Below, piece after piece: positions 36,701 to 47,900 of a DNA stretch of 64,000 nucleotides. The notes under the pieces were generated by a model. That model was not told where the DNA came from and made no database searches. It saw only the letters and a list, made by a program, of their open reading frames with translations. The DNA is from Gordius albopunctatus (taxonomy: Eukaryota): contig OZ193910.1 in the NCBI GenBank assembly GCA_964276515.1, forward strand, positions 3,906,001 through 3,970,000, written 5' to 3'. Position 1 is the first letter of the stretch. Each line of letters starts with the position of its first letter. The position numbers were made by a program, and so were the translations under genes.

Positions 36701-37678
36701 TTGACCACACTTGGATAAAGATATCGAAATACACGTTCGGAAATGTGTAGGGTGTCAGAAGAATAGATGTAATCGACCTGAGGTTCCCCTGTATTCTTGG
36801 AACATAACAGAAAATCTATGGGAAAGGATACACATAGATTATGCGGGGCCAGTGGATAGTTATTATTGGCTGGTGGCGATAGATTCCTATTCCAAATGGA
36901 TCGAATCGGAGTTACTACGAAGTTCGACAATTGAAGTTACGTTGAAGAAACTGCGAGATTGGTTTGCTAGGTGGGGAGTTCCTAAGCAAATAGTGACAGA
37001 CAACGGGCCGCAGTTTCGAAGCTGGGAAATGAAGGGTTTTTGCGATAAATACCAGATCAAACATATTAAAGCGACTCCCTATCATCCCAAAATCAATGGC
37101 CTTGTCGAAAGAGCCATTAGGACCTTGAAATCTCGTTATGCTGCCGCACGCGAATACAATACTGATCCGAATGAATGCATGATTGAGGTTCTGACCAGTT
37201 ATCGCATCAGCGAACATTCGTCTACCGGAAGGTCACCATCAAAGGCGTTAATTGGAAGAAATATTAAAACTTCGATGGATTTGGTACGACCAACTCAAAA
37301 AAAATTCATGGAACATAAAATTGATGAACAGGAAAAAGGCATGATGCGCAGGCGGAGAATAGAGAATTCATTCCGGGCCAATTAGTATGGGTGAAAAACG
37401 AAGTTAATAACGGTTGGAGAACGGGGAAGATAATAAAACGCAACGGCCCATGTTCGTACTTAGTGGAAACACTAAGTAAAAACATGCGGAAACATAGTGA
37501 CCAGTTGAGAGATCGTTCGAGTGCCATGGATACCCACAGGCCCGAGGACACTGAAGAGAGTTCTGACGACTGCATATCAACTCCGACCTCTAACGTGGAA
37601 TATCCAGAATGTCAGAGCAGTCAAAGGAAATCAACCAGGAATAGAAAACCCCCGAGACGGTTGATAGAAGAAATTTAG
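33756..37678 (+). pseudogene. Ty3/Gypsy (Mag-like) element D gag-pol, decayed
   Basis: Two CCHC-type knuckles, YDTGA, MPFGL/YLDD, CDASEMG, IHID/TDNG/VERA; PPT near 37686-37701 followed by TG; degenerate PBS AGGCAACAA at ~33741. Confidence 0.93.
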
Positions 37679-40039
37679 TCCTAATAGACGGCGAGGGGAA
37701 ATGTTATTTATTAACAGAATTTAGTTGCAAATTATATATGATTGGCATAAATTTAAATTATAAACATAATTGTATTCATATATTATTTATTAAGATTAGT
37801 ATTATATAATCATAAAATGATAATACATAGTGTAACTTAAATATTTATGTGTTATAAACAAAGGAATTTTATTAAGAAATTTTAAATGAGTAATCTTGCC
37901 TAAGAAATTATTTCATAATGTAAACCTTGTAAAGTAATTAGTACATAAACCTAATATAATTCTTGGTAAAAGCACACTTTTTCCTTTTTGAGCAAGGGTT
38001 TCTAAAGTTTTAAGAGTTTTATCCCTAATTGTAATTAGATTGCTTCATTATGAAAAATCTTTTAAATCCATTTGCTAAATCTATAATGAATTAAGTAGTT
38101 GATACAAAATAGAAATATGTTGACCATATTTCCCTTCATTATATTTGGTGTAGTAGTAATTGGCATGAAAATGTATAGGCTTCCTTCTTTGCGTCAACAT
38201 ATACACGCAGATTTAAATTGACAAGTTTGAAATGGTGAGAAATGGTGAAGGTTTGGTGGCAATTGGTGAAGTTATTATTTTGAAACTTTACCTTTTGAAT
38301 TGAAACGCAAACGATTTAAATTAAATAAATAATATTTCAATTATTATCACGTGGTCGATCATAGAAGCATATTTTTAATAATTATCCATCCTTCAATTAC
38401 TTATTTTATTATATTAAAGAAAATTGTATTTCAAATAAATCCGCTAACTAGAAATATAAAATAATGGTATTAATGTATAATAAGTAACAGCATTGATCAG
38501 CAATTTTTTCAAAAACATTTAATTTTAGTCGGATTTGATGACTAAAACAGAATTCTCATTTGGTTTGTCTTATTATATATATACTAAAAATAGTGGGTTC
38601 ATAAAATCCATGACGTGATAAAATTCGTGCTCTTAAGAAATATTATGGATATTTTATTTATTTGAATTATTATTTCATATATGACCCCATTTTAGATGAG
38701 TCTTATTAATAGGTTATACTTATTTAACCACTTAAGGACTGAGCCAAAGCAACGCTTGGCCGGGCACAGCTAGTAGCTTATATAAAATTGCACAAAGTTG
38801 TTTTAATTTACATTATGTTTAAAAATCAAAATATCAGTAATATTAAGCAATACCTTTAAATCGAACATATTTAGTATATAAGGGTTTAAAAGAGACATTC
38901 TAATGAGCGTAGCGGAGGTGGAAGGGCAGGGAGAGGCGGCTGCCCCCCCCTCCTAATCCAAAATGTATTTGCTATTTATTAAAATTATGGCTAAGATTTC
39001 AAAAAATGATCATTTTGCCCGTCCCTATATCATAATTGCCCCCCCCTCAAATCCCAATGCTGCTAAGCCCATGCCTACATCAATATAATATCATATTAAA
39101 TGTCTCAGGCAACTGTAGATCAAGGTAACTATATTCTAAATGTAGACCAATAGGGGAAGGGGCTTTCTCGACCATAAAAAATCAAAAAGGCCTAAACAAA
39201 AATTTTAAACCGATTTTTATATATACTTTTTATTACAAAAATGTTCTTGCCTACAAAGTTAATAGTGGGGAAAATACTAAAGCAACACAGTTAATATTTT
39301 TTTTGCATGGTTTCAGAAAAATATAACCAGGGGTCAACGTATCCTTTAAATTAAGCTAAGGTGTCCTCTCTTATTTAAAATCAAAAATATATAAATAACT
39401 TAAGTGCATGTGCTTTAAATTACTAAAACATGAAAAGCTTGTAGTTTTATAAAATTTTATTTAATAATTTGTAATAAGATAAATCTTTTAATATATTGTT
39501 GAAATAATGATTTTAAATACGATTTCGGTTTGTGAACTCAAATTAGTTTGTTCAACGATTTCCTATAGCTGACATTATCTTTTTTATAGAATATAATGTC
39601 TTTTTTGTTCATAGGAAACAAAGTTAGTTTTTTAATACCAATTAAGCACCGCACCATGCTTAATTAATGAATGAGTAAAAAAACTATAGCCCCAGTGTGA
39701 TTCTTTCTCTTAAATTTGGGTTTGAAGATCATTAGATTCTTCAACATTATATTTTACACATAAATCATATGATATAGTCGATTCGTGCTTTATATTTTTA
39801 TTATATATAGACTTCACCTAATAAAGATTTATATTAAAAAAAGAAAAATTTGTTAAAAGTTGAAGGAACACGTCATTTTTGAGTAATTTACAAAATTTAC
39901 AAATTAACTAGCGTTACCTTAGTCCCAGAAAATCTTATATTCTGCTTAATTTTTTTGTAATAAGAATTAAATTAATAAAGTAGATTTATGATTCAAATTT
40001 GAGGGCGAAATAAATATTAATTACAAAATTATTTGAAGC

Positions 40040-41770
40040 TCACTTTTGGTTGTCCGTCACTCCTGTCCGTTCTGTCCAACTTGTATTTTTTGAATAATCG
40101 GCGTGGAACCTTATACGGGTTTTTAATGGCTGTGGACCTATGCTACAAGCTAATGACAGCTAATTGGCTTTATAGTCATTTTTGCTATGCAATTTATGGG
40201 CTCGCTTTTTGTTGTCCGTCCGTCCGTCCAACGTTCTTAATTGCTGGTTTGATACCTGGAGAGGGCAAAAAATTTTTGTAATTAAATTAATATATTGTTC
40301 TTGTTAATACCATTGATAATATGACTTTTTGACCCTGTCCTGGCTACTGACCAATAAAAAATGACCATTGGCCAAATTGTGATTCGAAATTTTTTTTTCA
40401 AAATTGATAACTACCTATGCCCCCCTCCTACAAGAGCCTATACCTCCACTAATATGGGTCCCTGTGCCCCTCCACAAAGGCTTATGCCTCTACTGATGTG
40501 GGTTCGAATCTCGGAGAGGGCAAATTTTTTTATTTTATTTTTTAAATTAATATATTGTTCTTGTTAATACTATTGATAATATGACTTTTTGGCCGTGTCC
40601 TGGCTACTGACCAAAGAAAAAAACGACCATTGGCCTAATTGTGAGTCGAATTTTCTTTGGTTTTTTTTCGTCTCTTATCTATTTATATCTCTTTTGACCG
40701 TGTCCTTGCTACTGATCAATGAAAAAAATAACCATTGGCCAAAGTATAAATCGAAATTTCTTTTCGCTTTTTGAATTTCTATTAATTTATTAGGTTAACA
40801 TTAATAATTACCTATGCCCCCCTACAAGGGCCTATGCCTCTACTGATATGAGTCCCTGTGCCCCCCCCCACACAAAGGCTTATGCCTCTACTGATGTAGG
40901 TTCGAATCCCGGAGAGGGCAAATTTTTTTATTTTTTTTAAATTAATATATTGGTCTTGTTAATACCATTGATAATATAACTTTTTAACCGTGTCCTGGCT
41001 ACTGACCAATGAAAAAATGACCATTGGCCAAGGTGTAGCAAATAATTTTTCTATATTTAAAATATAGGCTATTTGGCCGTTTCCTGGCTACTGACTAATA
41101 AAAAAAATGACCACTGGCCAAAGTGAGATTAAAATCAATTTTTTTCCTAGATTATAATTATAGGCTAGTTATTTGGCTGTCTGCTAACCATTATAAAAAA
41201 TGACCACTGGCCAAAGTGATAGAAAAAATGAACAATGGCCAAGGTTTGATTGGAAAATTTTATCGTTTTTTAGTATCTTGTTTATACTATACATATGCGC
41301 ATGATTTGAATAGAATCTATAGTCATAATTTAAATTATAGGTCGCCTACACCATATTGTGTAAATTTATAAATTATCAAAAAAAATCTAAATTGAAAGTT
41401 GTACGTTTTGGAAGCATGACTATTGGCTTTTCCGAGGTCATACCCTGTATTTACGTTCCTTTCGTCATTTTGATTAATTTAGAAGTTGATAAATAAGAAT
41501 GAATGAAAGAAAACCTATTCCTCAATAAATAAAGTAATAATAAGTGTTTTACAGCAGGTTTTACAAAAATTTAACTTTTTAAATATTTGTATAAATAATT
41601 AACTAATCATTTTGCATTTTATACCCCCCCCCCCCCTATAGGCATTCTCGCCCCTTCCCACCTTTCTAGTCCATAAATTTCGTAGCAAATATGCTACGTT
41701 TATAGGGAATATAGATAAGTTTCATTCCCCCTTCCCCCCTCCCCCTTCCCACCAGGGTCGAATGCCCTGG
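40040..41770 (+). repeat. Dispersed repeat of a Helitron/Helentron (DINE-1-like) family with an internal array of ~45-bp units
   Basis: (GTCC)n microsatellite at ~40214; ~7 copies of CCGTGTCCTGGCTACTGACCAATGAAAAAATGACCATTGGCCAA; related segments at 18500-18830 and, inverted, at 50950-52210. Confidence 0.6.
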
Positions 41771-41936
41771 TAATTTTAAATAAACAATTTTTTCTTTCTA
41801 TTTAAATTTTATATAGTGATTTTTTTCTAACTATAGCATTATGCTAAAAAATATATATATTTAGACTAAACATAACATTTAATTTTTATTGTTGTAATTT
41901 GTTTATTAAAAAGTATTACAGTAATTTGTAATATAT

Positions 41937-44900
41937 TTAATTTATCATCTTAGTATAAGTTAGGTATATTTTGGACTTATTTGGAGGTAAAGCAGTGCAT
42001 TTTTTGTAGTAAAAATTAGGCCGTTTTCCGAACATTTCTTCACATACTATTTCTGGGTAATAAGTAGGATTTTCATTAATATATTGTTTGACTTGTAGAT
42101 ACACTGTATGTTCCACCACTTTTAGCTGTTCGTTTAATTTGTCCTCTGAAGGTAAGATATTTTAAATATTATTCAATTTTTAATTTCATAAATTATAATA
42201 AGCAAGTCGATTTTGGGCAATAACACTACCTACTATGGTCCCAAGTCCGTGTGCAAAAAGTGGAGGGTTGGCGTCAGGTCGGAAACCGGCTATAAAAATC
42301 CACTCCAAAAGTATGATAGTTTCAAACAAAATTTTTAAATAAAAGGCTAGGGCGTCCTCTACAAACGACGCGCACTGCATACCCCGCCCGTGCAATGTGA
42401 AAAATACACTAGGGTTACTGCCTAACTCACAACGAAGGGGGTTAAGGAAACTAGTTGTGGAAAGAATGTGAATTACGTGCTGGGATGTGGGAATGTTGAC
42501 GGGGAAGAGCATCGAGGTCGCACAGATGTTAAAAAGAAGAAAGGTACACATCACCTGCCTACAAGAGACGAGGTGGAACGGAACGAAAGCTCGGGGATTA
42601 GGAGAAGGATACAAGCGTTTCTACAGTGGGTCATCAAATCGCAGAAACGGGGTCGGTATCGTTCTAAGCGAATCGTTCAAGGACAAGGTGGTGGAAGTCA
42701 AGCGTTGTTCCGACAGACTAATGTGGGTGAAGATGGCAGATTAAGGGGGCCTCCTAACCGTTATGTGCGCGTATGCTCCCCAAATTAGATGTTTGGAATC
42801 AGAGAAAGACATATTCTTCCATTCATTGGAAAAGGAAATACAAGGAATAGGACAGGAATAAAGGCTAATTATTCGGGCAGATTTCAACGCTCACGTTGGG
42901 AAAGATCGCCTCGGGTATGAACACAATCATGGAGGTTATGGGCATGATCTAAAGAACAAAGATGGGGAAAAACTTCTCCAAGTATCCCAAACATATGACA
43001 TGGCGATCGTTAACACCTATTTTCAAAAGCGCGAAGATCATATTGTGACCTATAGAAGTGGTAAGCATTTTAGTAAAATCGACTATTTGCTTATATGGCG
43101 AAAGGACATATGGAGTATCAAGGATTGCAAAGTAATACCGGGAGAATAAATCGCCAGGCAACATCGTCCCCTTGTTATAGATATTGACAGAAGAGTATTT
43201 CCAGAAAGAAGAAAGGTCTATGAACCTCGAATTTGATACGAAAGGCTAAAGGATACATCGACGAACAAAGAATACCATCAAAATGCCTCCTCACTCTTAC
43301 GGGCAAGTAAGGTGCAAAGGGACGTAGACGACGATTGGGAGTCGCTATCTAAGGACATTAAGGAAACAGCGATTCGTGTTCTAGGACAGACCAAAGGAGG
43401 CAAAGCTATGAATAGGGAGCTATGGTGCTGCGATCAATCGGTTGAAGATTTCATCAAAAGAAAAATCTATATAGACTGTGGCATAAATCAAAAAAGTCGG
43501 AGGATTATCAAGAGTACAGGTACGCAAAGAGGGCCCCAAAAAAAGCCGCTGCAAAAGCGAAGAATGCCGCGTACACTGAGATGGCAAACAAACTGGATCA
43601 TAAAGGGGGCGATAGGCTTATGTACAAATTGGCCAAGATAAGGGAGAAGAAAAGTAGAGATGTCTGAGTTCCTAAAATAGTCAAAAGCGAGAAGGGTCAA
43701 ACCTTATTCAAGCCAAAGGAAGTGATGGAAAGGTGGAAAGGATATTTTAAGAAACTTATGAATATTGCAAATGACAAGGATTCCCTTCCCGGAATTGAGC
43801 CAAATATAAGTATGGTCGAACTCTTTCAGAAGGATGAAGTTAGGACACGAATGAACAAGATGCAAAAAGTAAAAGCAAATGGCCCAGATAGAATACCTAT
43901 GGAAGCATTGCTCGGATGTCGTGAAGAAGGAGTCACCACCATGACGAACCTCCTTAACAAGATATTGGTAAAGAGCGTATCCCTAATCAATGGAGAGCAA
44001 GCATAATTATACCCTTATTTAAAGGCAAAGGAGACCCTCAGGACTGCGGCAATTACAGAGGTATCAAGCTAACTTGAACCTCCTTGAAGCTTAAGGCAGA
44101 AAGACGAGGTGGAAATATCGGCTAATCAATTCAGATTCGTGGGCGGCAAATCCGCAATCGATCCAATCATCGCCCTAAGACAAATGATGAAGAAGTATGG
44201 TGAAAAGAGGAAAGACCTACATATGGTTTTTATCGACTTGGAGAAAGCTTATGATACGGTCGCCCGTGATTTAATATGGTGGTGCCTGAGGAAACAAAAT
44301 ATACCTGACGCATATATACGGCTTATGAAAAATATTTATGAAGCCTCAAACTCTTGCGTTAGGACGACAGTTGGAGACTCTAAACCTTTTCGCGTTAATA
44401 TTGGATTGCATCAAGGCTCTGCTTTAAGTCCCTTCTTATTTAATATAATTATAGACACGATAACGAGGGACATTCTAAAGCCATTGCCATGGTGTATGCT
44501 ATATGCCGATGATATAGTACTATGCGAGGAAACAAGGGAGAAAGTATTCGAAGAAGCCGAAAAGTGGTCAAAGCGCTTAGCTGGATATGGTTTAAAGTTC
44601 AACGATCGAAAGACGGTATACATGGAAATTAAAGGTATAGGCACCCCATCCCTGGATGACCATCTAAAGTACCCAAAAGTGGACAGGTTCACATACCTCG
44701 GCTCGATGCTACATTAAGAGGGAGGTTGCGCAACGGAAGTCAATGCCCGGATACAAAAAGGATGGTTTAATCAGCGAAGTATATCCGGTGTTTTGTGTGA
44801 CAAGAAAATGCCAATATGGTTGAAGAGCAAAGCTTACAAATCCATCGTAAGACCGGTGTTACTCTATGGAAGTGAAACATGGGCATTAAACACCACGGAA

Positions 44901-47900
44901 TTAAAGCTATTACAAGCCATAGAGATGAGAATGATAGGGTGGAGTTTGGGGTATACTAAGCTCGACCATATGACGAATGACTTTCTCATGACAAAAATGG
45001 GTATTCAACCTATGGCGGACATGATTAACGAAAATCGGCTAAGATTATATGGGCATATACTAAGAAGGGACACGGATGACGTAAATCGAAAAGTACTGGA
45101 CATGGAGGTACCGGGGAAGAGGACGACCCCGTGTCACGTGGAAAGGGCAAGTCGATAAAGTTATGGAAACTAAAGAGATTAGTAAAGACATGGCACTCAC
45201 CCGGTCAAGATGGAAGAAACTTATCAAAAAAAACCCCACCAATGAGTGACCAAATAACTGATAAAGAAGAAGAAGTCGATTTTGAGTAATAAATTGTTAT
45301 CATGAGGCATAGGCGTAGCCAGGATTGGATCTAGAGGGGGGGGGGCAATAATGATTTAGGGTGGGGGAAAATGATAATTTTTTTAAATTTTAGCCATAAT
45401 TATATTAAATTGTGAATAATTTTTGAATTTAGAGGGGGGCAGCCGCTCCCACACCCCCCCCCCCCGCGCCAACTCCTGGCTACGTCCAAGCCATCAGGTA
45501 TGGAATATTAAATTTTACCGTTTTTTGATAATGCAAGATAGTAGAACTCTCTCGCAAACTTGTAATTTACCAACTTTCTAACATTGCCTTCGTATTGAGC
45601 TATAGCCAAATAGGTGATTTTAAGTGTGAGAGGAAGCGATAATTTTGTGTCTCTAATATCTTTGAATGCCACAAGGCGATGGGTGAAGATGTTAAATGAA
45701 AAGTTGTTAACCTAAAATTAATATATTTTGATGAAAACATATATTCTAAAAAAGATTAAATATTAATACAAATAAATATTTAATTTTTATACATTTGTTG
45801 TAAAACAACTAAATTTATCCCAAAATACTTTATTCAAATTTAAAAAATGGAAACAAATAAACATTCGCCCTTTACTTTACAATTATTATAAATTTAGGCG
45901 TGAGGGCTAAATTAAATTGTCAGCACATTATATTTGTGATTATTTTAATAAGTTTAAATATATTAGACAATTTCATAAAAATAGAAAGTAATAAATACAT
46001 GGGCGTAGCCAGCATTGAGATTCGAGGGGGCAATAATGATTTAGGGAGAGGCAAAATGATAACTTTTTGAAATTCTAGCTAGAATTTTAATAGATTTCAA
46101 CAAGTTCTTAGATTTAGAGGGGCAGCCGCCCATAGCTGCCCCCCCCCCGGCTACCCACATGAATAAATAATTTCCTTCAATATTTAATATCGGAGTCTTG
46201 ATTGTCGTCTTACGGCTACAGTAGTAAAATAAAGGGAAGGATCCGCTACGTTTTCCACAAATATCTCATAGGGCATTTCACCGCCTATAATTATGGTCAC
46301 GTTTCTGAATGGATAATTTGACGCGTAACCAAGGAATTCTGGCAATAAATTCCTTTCGATCGCAACATCCCTTAACACTTCTGCGTGTTCTAATAGTTTG
46401 TTACGGAAATAAACTTTTACTTTAAGTCTTTAAGGGACTTTTTATAAACTATTAAGACGGATGCTAGCAACATGAATTAAATATCAAAAATAAGATATGA
46501 TTTATTAAAATAGATAAGGAGCATGGGCGTAGCATTGGAATAAAGGGGCGGGACAAGTATGATTTAGGGATGGGCAAAATGAACATTTTTTGCAAAAAAG
46601 CCATAATTTTAATAAATTCCAACAAGTTTTTGGTTTCAGAGGGGGGGGGGGCAGCCGCTCCTCCCTGCCTCCCCTTGGCTAGGCCCATGATAAGGAGTAT
46701 AACTACGCCGATAGATCATAATATCTAAAATTTTGCAAGTTAATTTTATAATGAATTAAATACAAATTACCAATATCTATGTGGTTTGTATTAAAATAGA
46801 ATCAGATTTTCTGTCTACTACAACAACAAAAAGGTGTTTTAAAGTAAAAAATTTTGTTGTCTAGCAATGATAAAGTTGGCGATTTAGAGGGGCATTGGAG
46901 GCAAGGGGTTCCGAGGAGAATAATAATAATTTTATATTTTTTGTAATTCTAACATTTGAGCAACGTAAATATGTCTCCAACTTCAAAAAAAATTATTTAT
47001 AATGGTAAAAGTATTACAAGTTGTAAATCTCATTTAAATCTAAATTAAAGAAAATTTTGTTATAACGCTTCCTCTAATTTAATTTTTAATCTTAAAGAGG
47101 ATTAGATTAAACGAACTAAATCAAATCTCCATAGCAAGTCTCGATAAAATCGTTGATCAACCCCAGCTATTATTTTTAATTGCTATGATCATTTGTGTGC
47201 TTTTTTTAACACAAAATCTGTTTAGTTTGTCATTATAAGAAATTAACTATGTCGGTAGCTTGATAGAGAAAAGGTAATTTCGAAGGTTAAGAACAAATGC
47301 AGAAATCGAAATTTTATAAAAAGATGGCTACTAAATATGTAGCAAGGCCTGTTTTTATTCGATATCCACATTTATGGGATTTTGTCAAACCTCTTTTTGC
47401 CTAATATCGAATTTGTTTTGAACAATGGTAATCTGGGATTGAATGTTTTATCCAGCTCAAACAACTTTAAAAAAGTTAGATAATCTAGTTAGACAATGGT
47501 TGCTGGACGACCGAAATATTTAAACCCATTTCCACCCTCTCATTTTATCAATCCCAGATTACCATTGTTCAAAACAAATTCAATATTATTCAAAGGATTG
47601 GTATTGCATAATTATATTCTCTTTTTACCTCTTTCATAACTGCCTTAAAATTAGCACAGTTTGAAATGGAAGCTACAATTTGGATCGAATTGACGCTGGA
47701 CAATTTTAGACTAAACTTTGTTTCGTCGACTTAGTCGACTAAACATAGATAGACCAAAGGTTTTTTGCTCTATTTTTTTAAGTCCATATACAGACCAAAG
47801 ATTTTTAACAATATAACGTGGCTCATTCAGCAGGCTTATTAATCTCATTGTGAATTCTTATTTTTTATGGTGATAAAATTATCTGGTATTTTATTTTATC

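Larger units (their letters stand above)
32878..38773 (+). mobile_element. Non-autonomous Helitron-bounded segment containing Gypsy element D
   Basis: 5' A|TCTATATATATAAAG followed by (GTAT)n; 3' hairpin GCCAAAGCAACGCTTGGC (38743-38760) followed by CTAG|T; ~140-bp-period duplication at 32942-33185. Confidence 0.72.

Noticed and set aside
40490..40915. Hammerhead ribozyme (CTGATG...CGAA motifs)
   Set aside because: Core reads CUGAUGU or CUGAUAU, not CUGANGA, and there is no GAAA with supporting stems
40320..41250. CRISPR-like repeat/spacer array
   Set aside because: Eukaryotic context, degenerate repeats, unequal and partly duplicated spacers, no cas genes
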